From positions 1-64,000 of IMG/VR virus record IMGVR_UViG_3300011116_000655: a stretch of DNA of 64,000 nucleotides, one strand, 5' to 3'. Below the pieces are notes generated by a model, which searched no databases, had not been told where the DNA came from, and was given only the letters and a program-made list of their open reading frames with translations. Made by a program: the position numbers and the translations under genes. The DNA comes from a virus. Below are positions 48,101 to 57,022 of this stretch, piece by piece. Position 1 is the stretch's first letter; each line of letters starts with the position of its first letter.

Positions 48101-48897
48101 TAGTGCCTCTGTATGTGTGGTGACTTTTTAACAATGTAACAATAATTTACATCAAATGAAGTTGAATAAACACCAAAACTATTCTTTACAAATTCTTCCG
48201 TTTTAGTGTCCATTTGTTTTACCAGCTTATCAAACAGGTCACCATCTGTTTGAAGTTGTTTTTCATTAATACAGTAATAGTATCTCTTCTCTCTACACTC
48301 GTCAAGGTTGAAAAACAAACTTTCATTACCGTTATCAACATCCATTATACCTATAGTATTTATACAATAAGTTGGTAGTGATTCTAATTCATTACCTAAA
48401 ACTGGTTCATTATGGTCAAGAAAATTTATCATATGTATTGTATCTGCAATAACTGTATTTAATTTATCGTAATACCCAACAATAGGTATTTTACCAACCA
48501 TCTTCGCAACATCTTCATAAGTTATTATAAACATTGAATCAAATCTTTTTGATCTTGTATACTCTTGAAGAACATTATAAACAATTTTATCTGTTGTTTT
48601 TTGAAGATCTGTTAAAAATTTTGTACTTGGTTTAACATAAAAAATTCTTATGTTACTATCCTTATACTTTTCTAAAACTCTTAACGAAGCGGAACAAACT
48701 ATTTCATCACCACTTACAATAAAATCAATGTCAGTATCATCACTATTAAAAATAATAGGCTCATGATTTGTTTTTTCATCGTATTTCTCTGGGTGATCTT
48801 GTTGCTCAACTACTACCTTATAGATTTTGTATTGTGGGTACTTGCTAAATTTATCTGCTATGTTGTGTGCTGTTTTACCTAACGCAAGAATGTTCAT
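48100..48897 (-). CDS. Degenerate tubulin/FtsZ (PhuZ)-like protein
   Basis: N-terminal ILALGKTAHNIA resembles T1 (IGxGxAGxNIA); later LN..IA helix; glycine signature lost. Confidence 0.5.
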   Translation of the reverse strand: MNILALGKTAHNIADKFSKYPQYKIYKVVVEQQDHPEKYDEKTNHEPIIFNSDDTDIDFIVSGDEIVCSASLRVLEKYKDSNIRIFYVKPSTKFLTDLQKTTDKIVYNVLQEYTRSKRFDSMFIITYEDVAKMVGKIPIVGYYDKLNTVIADTIHMINFLDHNEPVLGNELESLPTYCINTIGIMDVDNGNESLFFNLDECREKRYYYCINEKQLQTDGDLFDKLVKQMDTKTEEFVKNSFGVYSTSFDVNYCYIVKKSPHIQRH

Positions 48898-49298
48898 TCA
48901 TAACCCATAGGAATCTGTAATGCAGTAGCAATAATTTCTTTAACGTATGGAGTTTTATTTTCTAAATCATCTAAATCCTTATACTCAACCCATTTATGAT
49001 CACAATGTTCATAATTAAGTTTTATATCACCTTGTACATCATCACAACGATAAATAAACATTTTACCACTTTTAGCTTTACGAACACCACAGTATTTAAT
49101 TCTACCATCTAGTTCTGTTTCTTCTTTAAGCTCTCTTCTAGCAGCTTTATAGGGTGCTTCACCTTTTTCTACATGACCACCTGGAAATGACCAATGTAAT
49201 GGTTTCCATGTATCTGTTTTGGATCTTTTAATTAAGAGAATTTTATTTTTATCTATTACAACAACTACAACTGAATCTTCGGTATCTTTTTCTTCCAT
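48894..49298 (-). CDS. NUDIX hydrolase
   Basis: PGGHVEKGEAPYKAARRELKEET Nudix box. Confidence 0.93.
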   Translation of the reverse strand: MEEKDTEDSVVVVVIDKNKILLIKRSKTDTWKPLHWSFPGGHVEKGEAPYKAARRELKEETELDGRIKYCGVRKAKSGKMFIYRCDDVQGDIKLNYEHCDHKWVEYKDLDDLENKTPYVKEIIATALQIPMGYE

Positions 49299-49305
49299 TT
49301 TGATC

Positions 49306-49674
49306 CTACTTTAGTAATTCTTTAATAACCTCTTTTACAATTTCTTCAAGAAGGTTTTCTTTCATGTGTTTAAAGTATTGTACTTGTTTTTCTCTTTTTT
49401 CTGCACCTTTTCTAGAATCATAACAGCCAAGATTCTTACCACTCTTTTTTGATTTCAAACAATACTTAGAACCTTGTTTAACAATGTGTTCACCAATAGG
49501 AGGAGCAGATTTAGAACGTTCCATAGATGGTTTTTCACTATAAGGGGCACCAGCGGGTTGATTGCCATGACCAATAACTCTTTTCTTTTTACGACTGTGC
49601 CCTGCCTTCATCTTTCTCTGAAAAGGCTCTGTCTGTTCTAATAAGTCTCTAAGTTGTTGTACTAAAGGGTCCAT
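49306..49674 (-). CDS. Basic modular protein with C-terminal amphipathic tag
   Basis: SKKSGKNLGCY..R..AEKRE.QV.YFKH; LLEEIVKEVIKELLK. Confidence 0.65.
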   Translation of the reverse strand: MDPLVQQLRDLLEQTEPFQRKMKAGHSRKKKRVIGHGNQPAGAPYSEKPSMERSKSAPPIGEHIVKQGSKYCLKSKKSGKNLGCYDSRKGAEKREKQVQYFKHMKENLLEEIVKEVIKELLK

Positions 49675-50030
49675 TATTTAAGTGTTAATAGGTATTTAAG
49701 TTTGTTAAACTCGCCAAGTATTTCATCGCGAATGTTTAAAAGATCTGTATCTTTTTGTTGGTCAAGAATATCTGTCATTCCAATAAGAGTTTCAATGTAT
49801 CCATCTACAATTTGTTCTACATCACCACCAAGGTTTTGTAGTTCAATTGGACCAGTAACACGTACTCTCCCGTTTCTTCCCATCCAAGCTTCTGTAAAAG
49901 TATCTATAAGATCACCAAGAGTTCCATAGATTCCACCAAAAGCTGAATGTCTGGCAAACGATTTTGTTTGCCAATGAAAGATTCTCATTTGTTGTTCCAT
50001 TTGAACAAGTTGCATTACTATTTGGTCCAT
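49674..50030 (-). CDS. Ferritin/Dps-like four-helix protein
   Basis: HWQT..FARH, DTFTE, LNIRDE...KYLLTL. Confidence 0.75.
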   Translation of the reverse strand: MDQIVMQLVQMEQQMRIFHWQTKSFARHSAFGGIYGTLGDLIDTFTEAWMGRNGRVRVTGPIELQNLGGDVEQIVDGYIETLIGMTDILDQQKDTDLLNIRDEILGEFNKLKYLLTLK

Positions 50031-50031
50031 T

Positions 50032-50664
50032 TTATCTCCTATCTTTTGTTGTTATGTCAGCACCATGAACCGCTGTAATCAACGCCAAAGTAAGACACAT
50101 AAGAGCAATAGCTAAACTTAGATTTTGTTTGTCTTGAGCTTTTACTGCTTTATTTAATTCTTGGTTTTTTTCAATATATAATTCTATATCATTTTTAAAT
50201 TTTTGACCTTCTGGCGATCTCATAAATTTATCTACTTCACTTGATTTACCACTTGGATCAAGACTGACAAACCTTTTTGCTTGTTCTATTAAACTGTTAT
50301 CTATTGTGGTTTTAATGCCTTTATAAATTAATTGTTTATTATCAACATCAAATTTAATATTTGGGCTTAAGCTTTCAATGTATTTTTTAGATAATACTGG
50401 AAGCTGCTCTTTATCTACTTGAGATGCACCAATTGTCCTGGCTACTTGAGCTATCGCTGGACCTCCAGATAATGCTTCATCAGATTGGTTTATAGCTGTA
50501 CCTAATGAAGCTCCACCACCAAATGCAACAGCTAATGGAAAAGCAAATTTAGCAAATAATTGTCCAAGTCTTCCTTCGTTTAAAAGATCTGGATTATTTT
50601 CACTTAATACTTCTAAAAGTTCTTGTCTAACTATAAGTCTTAATTGTGATTCTGTTATAATCAT
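50032..50664 (-). CDS. 'ITESQLR'-tagged protein with two hydrophobic segments
   Basis: MIITESQLRLIVRQEL; late motif upstream. Confidence 0.7.
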   Translation of the reverse strand: MIITESQLRLIVRQELLEVLSENNPDLLNEGRLGQLFAKFAFPLAVAFGGGASLGTAINQSDEALSGGPAIAQVARTIGASQVDKEQLPVLSKKYIESLSPNIKFDVDNKQLIYKGIKTTIDNSLIEQAKRFVSLDPSGKSSEVDKFMRSPEGQKFKNDIELYIEKNQELNKAVKAQDKQNLSLAIALMCLTLALITAVHGADITTKDRR

Positions 50665-50702
50665 TATAAAATTTTCCTTTAATTTACTTACACAATAAAT
50701 AG

Positions 50703-51845
50703 TTAAATCTTACGCATTTCACCGTAATTACTTCCTGCTTTCACGTTTACTTTAAACATCCCAAGGTCAGTATTGGAATAAATCTTCATAATTTTTTTTA
50801 GGTCTTTTTTATCTTCGTCTGCAAGATCAATCACAATGTTGTCATGAATAGTAAAAGCAATAAAAGATTTACGACCTTTTAGAAACTGAAACACTTTAAT
50901 CATCTGACGAAGAGCAAGCTGACCAAATGTAGACTGAACAATGTAAGAAAGAGCATGATGATTATCTGCTGAAATTTGTAAGCCGTAGAACGTAGTAACC
51001 TTTTCTCCATCCCAAAATCTATTAAGTACTTCTTCTTTATTGTAAATCGATTCAGCCTTTTCATTTTTAGTATCTCCATAAAGCCATGCAAGAAATGCTA
51101 CTTTTGCTTCATCCCTTGTTTTCTTGTTATCAAAAATGTGTTGATTATTCCAATCGTGAATATCTTCTTTGGGTTGTGGCTTTCCTGCAAGAGCAAGAAA
51201 CGTTCTAAGTTCTGCTCCGTTATAATCAAGCTCAACAAACCAATCATTTGTAGGATGGATAATAGAACGATGATTCTTATCCATCTGCATTATTGGGAAT
51301 GAACGTTTATGGGTTGATAGTCTACCTGTCTTTGTTCCAAAAATGTCATAGTTAATAAATCTACTAATGTTTGAATACTTTTGGATTATCTTTTTATCTT
51401 CCACACCATCCAACACAACATTCAATGGTCTACTTTTAATGTCCCAAAGAACTTCTGATAATTTAACGAGATAATCATAATCTTTTGGCTTTGCAACCGT
51501 ATTTAGAATGTGTTCAACAATTTTTGTTTTGACTTCATAATAAGTCATAAGAAACTTGTGTGGAATCATTTCAAATAAACAATTATCATCAAGATTAATT
51601 TTAGCATTTGAGAAAGATTTAAAATAAGCTTTCATCTTATCATTAACAAGTTTCCAATCATCTTTTGCATTATCTGGACAAAACTTATTAATTTCATCTT
51701 GGCAATACAAATAAGCATAATCACCACCATTAAAGGATGGATGATAACTCCAAGATTTTACATAATCTGGTAAATTTTGAATTATTTCATTTTGACAATA
51801 AAAGCCCACACACTCGCCTTTATTATCAAGAGGTTCAACAAACAT
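50703..51845 (-). CDS. Compact family-A DNA polymerase domain
   Basis: TGRLS, motif A LDYNGAELR, motif B R..AK...L..LYG, motif C IHD. Confidence 0.8.
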   Translation of the reverse strand: MFVEPLDNKGECVGFYCQNEIIQNLPDYVKSWSYHPSFNGGDYAYLYCQDEINKFCPDNAKDDWKLVNDKMKAYFKSFSNAKINLDDNCLFEMIPHKFLMTYYEVKTKIVEHILNTVAKPKDYDYLVKLSEVLWDIKSRPLNVVLDGVEDKKIIQKYSNISRFINYDIFGTKTGRLSTHKRSFPIMQMDKNHRSIIHPTNDWFVELDYNGAELRTFLALAGKPQPKEDIHDWNNQHIFDNKKTRDEAKVAFLAWLYGDTKNEKAESIYNKEEVLNRFWDGEKVTTFYGLQISADNHHALSYIVQSTFGQLALRQMIKVFQFLKGRKSFIAFTIHDNIVIDLADEDKKDLKKIMKIYSNTDLGMFKVNVKAGSNYGEMRKI

Positions 51846-51855
51846 TTTAGCCTCA

Positions 51856-53052
51856 TTAAAATTTATAAATAAAATTAGAAGACTTCATTTTCTTCTTCTT
51901 ACTTACTTCGATTACTTGAGCATAATCTGGATTTGTTCCACCGTCAAGGAATGGTTTTGTATCTTTATTGATGTATTGCAAAGTAGATAATTCTCCAGAT
52001 GCATTATAAATTGCGGTTAATGTATGTAATTTATTTTCAAATTGATTTTGATTAATTCTAAAATTTTCTTCTCTTAATCTAATAAAATAATACATTTTAA
52101 TCCAAAATAAATCATCATAAGTATTGCTATTAATTTGTTGTTTATTTATTGTTCTGTTTATAAGTTGTCCTTCATTATTTAAAATGGGACTTTGTATTTT
52201 GTTCTTTACAAATACATTGTCATTGTAGTATTGTATTAATGTATCTTTAATAATTTTCCAATCTGTTATGTATGTCGTAGTATAAGCGTTATCAAACATT
52301 TCATCAAGAGAATTAAAATTGTTTTGTTTCATTTTTTCTAATGCATAATTTGTTGAAAGATTGAATACTAATCTCCAGGGTGCATTCTTATCAACAAAAA
52401 AACTGTATTTTTCTGCTGTATTAATGAAAAATTTATAATTTGGATCATTTAAAAATTGATTAACTTTTAATTGATCGTCACCATTATTAAGATTAGATAA
52501 ATCAATTACTAATCCTGTAGTGGTTGGCGAAGCAATTCCGCTTGTCATAAAAGCTGTTTGAGAAATGTATAAACCAGTATTATTCATAAGATAACAAAAC
52601 TCATTAAGAAAATCATTTAAATTAGTTATAGAATTTCTTAATTTATTTTGATCAAATACTTTATCTAAAAATGTTCTTATTGTTTCATTATAGTTATTTT
52701 GTGGTATTGTTGTTGCTCTTACAATTTTTAATGGATTTAATTTTGATTTAGGAATTAAACTTAATTGATTTGCTCTTTGAAACTCAATAACCATTTCATT
52801 AAAGGCATCTGCAACGAAAGAAATAGCATAAAATTGATTTGCTTGGTTTATGTTGCTTGTTTTGAGAACTTTAAGATTATTAGTATTTAAAATAATTGAA
52901 TCTAAATCTCTATTAATCTTTCCATAAAGAATTGAATTTTTCCAGAAATCAATAATGTTTGTGTATTCTTTTGGATAATACACAACATCATAGTATTTTC
53001 TAAATGTAAATTGTTCTATAGATTTTTGATTATTTCTTGCTATTGTTGCCAT
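51856..53052 (-). CDS. Hypothetical protein, probably tail/baseplate
   Basis: Position in tail operon. Confidence 0.6.
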   Translation of the reverse strand: MATIARNNQKSIEQFTFRKYYDVVYYPKEYTNIIDFWKNSILYGKINRDLDSIILNTNNLKVLKTSNINQANQFYAISFVADAFNEMVIEFQRANQLSLIPKSKLNPLKIVRATTIPQNNYNETIRTFLDKVFDQNKLRNSITNLNDFLNEFCYLMNNTGLYISQTAFMTSGIASPTTTGLVIDLSNLNNGDDQLKVNQFLNDPNYKFFINTAEKYSFFVDKNAPWRLVFNLSTNYALEKMKQNNFNSLDEMFDNAYTTTYITDWKIIKDTLIQYYNDNVFVKNKIQSPILNNEGQLINRTINKQQINSNTYDDLFWIKMYYFIRLREENFRINQNQFENKLHTLTAIYNASGELSTLQYINKDTKPFLDGGTNPDYAQVIEVSKKKKMKSSNFIYKF

Positions 53053-53063
53053 TTTTATTCCTA

Positions 53064-55871
53064 TTAATCAAAAAAACTTTTAAGGTATTCTATTTCTGCT
53101 TCTAACGCAATTTGTGCTGCACGAGAAATTTCACCTTGTTGCATACTGATTTCAAGATCTTGTTGTAATTGTTGTAGTTTCTTTTCTCTATCTAATTCTT
53201 CTTTTTGCTCTGCCACATCGTCAACAATTTCTTTTAAGTTAGCAAGAATTAAACTCATTTCTGGTAGAACTTTTCCACTTGAGTCATAAAGACCAGCTTT
53301 TTCTAATTCTGTATAATTACAATCTTGTGATTCTGCTTCGCTTGGTTGTAAACCATCGTTGGAATGAAATACACAATCTAAAGTAGTTGTATACGCTTCG
53401 TCAGTTATTTCACTTGTAACTTTTGTAACAGTATAATAACCGCCTATACCAGTTAATTGTGCAAATGTAGGAGCAGATTTTACTGTTGAAATAACTCTTC
53501 CAAATTCAACATTAGGTTTTATAAACAACATCATGCCAGGGTAATAAATGTTATTGCCAATCATTTTTATTTCAGCATTATAAAGATCTCTAAATTGTCC
53601 AAGATAAATAGTTTTCTTTCCAACAGATTTTGATTCTCTTAAAAATGGTTGATCTATTTTTTTAAAGTTTATTGATTTTACTAAACCATAATCTTGTGCT
53701 AAAGTATAATGATAAATTCCTCGTTTTTCGTCAGCAACTTTATTCTCAACACCAGTAAAATCTTTATTAAATTTATCGTAAACAATAAAATAATTAAATG
53801 GAATTAATTTTGTATTAGATAAATTTGTTCTTGTTAAATAAAATGGTTTTAAATTTGTTTTATTAATTGATAATCCAAACTTTACTGCATTTGTATTTGG
53901 ATCAATAAAATCTGATAAAGGATGATTTTTTGGGTCTGTTGATCCTAATGAAATAATAGTACTAACTAACGAAGTATTTGAATACTTATTAACATTACCG
54001 TTATAAATTTCTCTCGATTCAAGTGATGGTTCTGCTGCTTTTATTGTTAAGTCTTTAATAAATTTAAATAAAGGGTATTCTTTAACTCCTTTTTCATACA
54101 ATTCATTATCTAAAAAATTAACAAAAAAATTAATTTCAATAGGTATGTCTGCAATTGAAAAGTTCTTTGGTTGGTTTGGTATTTGTACAACCTCAGAAAA
54201 AGTAGAAAATAAAATTTTATTTCTTTCAAGTTCTTTTAAATTTGAACCGTACTTATTTCTAATTATTGTTATAGCTGCGTCTATTAAGTAACCAAAAGTA
54301 GTAAACATAATTCTTTTAGAAGTTACAGATTCTTCTTCATTTCTTAATGTCTGCTGAGCTTCGCCAAAATCATCTGGATCTCCTTCTAACCACTCTAATC
54401 CATCGCTTGAAGTTCTTGCCAAATCAAGATTAGAAAGTTTTTTATCTAAAGCTGTCTCGTCTTGTGGTAAAATACTACCAGTTCTTGTTATTGAAAACTT
54501 TGGTTTACTAGCACTACCAATACCATTTTTCCAATTTAACCATTGTTTAACAAACGGAGCATCTACTGGTAAAAGAAAAATTTTATTTTTACCATTTGTT
54601 GTTTTAATTAATTCTTTTATTAATTGAGAATAATAAAATTGTTTTATTTCTACAGTTCTTGAATCAATTAAATTTTGTGCTAGATCAGCAGTAGCAGAAT
54701 AAGTTGTTAATAGTTCTTGTACTTTTTCCTGTGCTACACCAGTAGAATAATCTAAATCTGGTATCCCAAGGTTTGCTAAAGTTGCATTAGGACCAAGACA
54801 TAAATTTAATTCTGTTTTTAATTTTGAAAGATCATTACCATTTGATAAATAAGTTAAGAACTTTATTCTTCTTTCTAATTGAGTTATTGTTAAAGATTTT
54901 GATAATAATTCTACATCTGCTTTTTCATTAGATGTTTCTAGTTCAAAACCAGGAGTAACTGTTTGAAGATCAACAGCATCGTAAGGAGAATCTAGTGTTA
55001 AAACGTCTACATCTTTTAGTTTATCTAAACTTTCTTTTAATCCTTTTAATAAATCAAAATTTGTAGAAAATAAACTATTTTCTAAACTAGCAATGTAATT
55101 TGCTGTTAGTTTAATGCTGCCATCCTCATTGAAAGCAAAATTATGTTGTACAAGGTTTAGGTACATAACAAGATCAGAATCATAAAACTCTTCATTTATG
55201 TCTTGTTTACCTTTAAAAATTTCATTAAGTATTTCTGGTCTTAGTTGTTCCCATCCAACAATTGCTTTTATCCTAAATAAAGGACTTGAGTATTGATCTG
55301 GTAAAATAGATGGATGATAAATTAATGACCAATAGTTTGTAGTTTGTTTTGTTGTCGGATTATCAAATGGGCTTCTTAACAAACTTGGAGTTCTATTGTT
55401 CCAAAGTTTTAACATTTGGTCATAACTACCACCAGAAAAAGAATTAATAGAATCAAAATAAAATTCTATTTTTACTTCAATTGTTTTTTCTGATGATGCT
55501 GGATTTGTACCTGCCAAGATCCAATTGATGGACTTAATACCGCAATTATTTCCTACAAAATGATTTTCACTAAGATAATTGTATTTGTAATCTTTACTAA
55601 AAATAAACTCATACTCACTATCATCTTCTGAATTTACTCTAAATAATCTAATTTTTGGAATCAAAGAATTGTATTGATAGGCTTTTAAATTTGTTAATTT
55701 TAACCCATCAGTCTTACCTGTTAACAAAGCTATTGTTTCTGGAAGACTTTTTTCTGAAGTATCTAAAGTTAAGATGTTGTCATACGTAGGTTTTATTAAT
55801 TCAATTATTTCAGTTATGTAAGATGTAATAAAACCTTGATTATTAAACTTAACATCAGTTTTTGGTGGCAT
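53064..55871 (-). CDS. Baseplate hub-like large protein
   Basis: C-terminal MIGN..YYPG...GGYYTVTKV pattern; position after the LysM-like gene. Confidence 0.55.
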   Translation of the reverse strand: MPPKTDVKFNNQGFITSYITEIIELIKPTYDNILTLDTSEKSLPETIALLTGKTDGLKLTNLKAYQYNSLIPKIRLFRVNSEDDSEYEFIFSKDYKYNYLSENHFVGNNCGIKSINWILAGTNPASSEKTIEVKIEFYFDSINSFSGGSYDQMLKLWNNRTPSLLRSPFDNPTTKQTTNYWSLIYHPSILPDQYSSPLFRIKAIVGWEQLRPEILNEIFKGKQDINEEFYDSDLVMYLNLVQHNFAFNEDGSIKLTANYIASLENSLFSTNFDLLKGLKESLDKLKDVDVLTLDSPYDAVDLQTVTPGFELETSNEKADVELLSKSLTITQLERRIKFLTYLSNGNDLSKLKTELNLCLGPNATLANLGIPDLDYSTGVAQEKVQELLTTYSATADLAQNLIDSRTVEIKQFYYSQLIKELIKTTNGKNKIFLLPVDAPFVKQWLNWKNGIGSASKPKFSITRTGSILPQDETALDKKLSNLDLARTSSDGLEWLEGDPDDFGEAQQTLRNEEESVTSKRIMFTTFGYLIDAAITIIRNKYGSNLKELERNKILFSTFSEVVQIPNQPKNFSIADIPIEINFFVNFLDNELYEKGVKEYPLFKFIKDLTIKAAEPSLESREIYNGNVNKYSNTSLVSTIISLGSTDPKNHPLSDFIDPNTNAVKFGLSINKTNLKPFYLTRTNLSNTKLIPFNYFIVYDKFNKDFTGVENKVADEKRGIYHYTLAQDYGLVKSINFKKIDQPFLRESKSVGKKTIYLGQFRDLYNAEIKMIGNNIYYPGMMLFIKPNVEFGRVISTVKSAPTFAQLTGIGGYYTVTKVTSEITDEAYTTTLDCVFHSNDGLQPSEAESQDCNYTELEKAGLYDSSGKVLPEMSLILANLKEIVDDVAEQKEELDREKKLQQLQQDLEISMQQGEISRAAQIALEAEIEYLKSFFD

Positions 55872-55874
55872 TTT

Positions 55875-56216
55875 TTATCCTATCATTCCCAATAAATCAC
55901 CAAGAGGTTGTGGGATTTGTAAAACATCTCCAACAGCCAAAGAAGCCTCAATTGGCTTTTTGTTGTACCATGCAATTATCCACCAATACTTTGGATCACC
56001 ATAATAAGTAGATGATAACTTCCAATACTTATCACCAGCCTTCCAAATATGATTGGTAAAACTTAACATTTGTATTTGTTCAACTGTTGGATAAATCAAA
56101 TTAGCAGTTGAATAATGATCAATAAATTTTCTTCCTCTTGATTCAATAACTTGTTTTAATGAAGTATTGTCTGTGGAGGTGCTTTTTAAAACGTTTCCAG
56201 AGTATCTTGTAGCCAT
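55875..56216 (-). CDS. LysM/tail-X-like baseplate protein
   Basis: GDKYWKLSSTYYGDPKYWWIIAWYN...GDVLQIP. Confidence 0.8.
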   Translation of the reverse strand: MATRYSGNVLKSTSTDNTSLKQVIESRGRKFIDHYSTANLIYPTVEQIQMLSFTNHIWKAGDKYWKLSSTYYGDPKYWWIIAWYNKKPIEASLAVGDVLQIPQPLGDLLGMIG

Positions 56217-57010
56217 TATTTACCTCCTATAACCTTTGCAGCAGCAGCATCTTCTGGATTAGATGTGCCTTGGCTATTAGCATTTGTGTCTGGTGTTGCT
56301 GTTTCTGCTCCATCAGCGGCTGCATGAAATCCATCGTGACCACCAGCGGGACCATTAGTTGTACTAAAGTTGTAAAAATAACGTTTATTTAAAGTTCCTG
56401 TTACTATCACTCTACCGTCTGTATCAGTTACAAGATTTTCATTTAATACTGTAATACCTATTGTTATGTCAAAAGCTTTAGGATAAATACCTTGTGTAAG
56501 ATTACCTATTTTATTGTTTGAAGCTCCATCAGTTTTGTAAAATACAGCATTCTTTTCCATAACTGGATCTGCTTTTATTGTTGTAATGTAACATAATACA
56601 CCAGAATCATTTGTATTTTCTCCAGCTTGTATTAGATCGTGTTTTATTCTAAATAATGGTGGGGAGGTCATAACTTGACTTGAATTGTATCTTGGATAAC
56701 AAACTCTTTTTAAATGGTCTACACAATGTAATAAATCATCGTATGGAAGATAAGCAGTTCCATCTTTTAAATCTTCTTTTGCTCTTGCTTTAAAATTAAT
56801 GTTCATTGTTCTACCCATTCTTTTAAAACGAGCAATAGGGTCCATTCTACCAATAACAGATTCTTGATTCCATTCTGGTGTTAAACTTTCTGTAATTCTT
56901 AAATCGTAAGGAAGGAACTGAATTTCAGAATCATAGGTAATACTAAATACTTTTAGTAAACCTACTTTTACACCTTCAAAAATTCCAAAACCAGGATAAA
57001 TGTCAGCCAT
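56216..57010 (-). CDS. Baseplate/tail-tube initiator-like protein
   Basis: W....IGRMDPI..F....R, YPRY, SPPL.RI. Confidence 0.65.
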   Translation of the reverse strand: MADIYPGFGIFEGVKVGLLKVFSITYDSEIQFLPYDLRITESLTPEWNQESVIGRMDPIARFKRMGRTMNINFKARAKEDLKDGTAYLPYDDLLHCVDHLKRVCYPRYNSSQVMTSPPLFRIKHDLIQAGENTNDSGVLCYITTIKADPVMEKNAVFYKTDGASNNKIGNLTQGIYPKAFDITIGITVLNENLVTDTDGRVIVTGTLNKRYFYNFSTTNGPAGGHDGFHAAADGAETATPDTNANSQGTSNPEDAAAAKVIGGK

Positions 57011-57022
57011 TATTATTCTCCA

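Noticed and set aside
48100-48897. Evidence for a nucleus-forming phage
   Set aside because: Tubulin similarity is degenerate and no chimallin or multisubunit RNA polymerase gene is visible here
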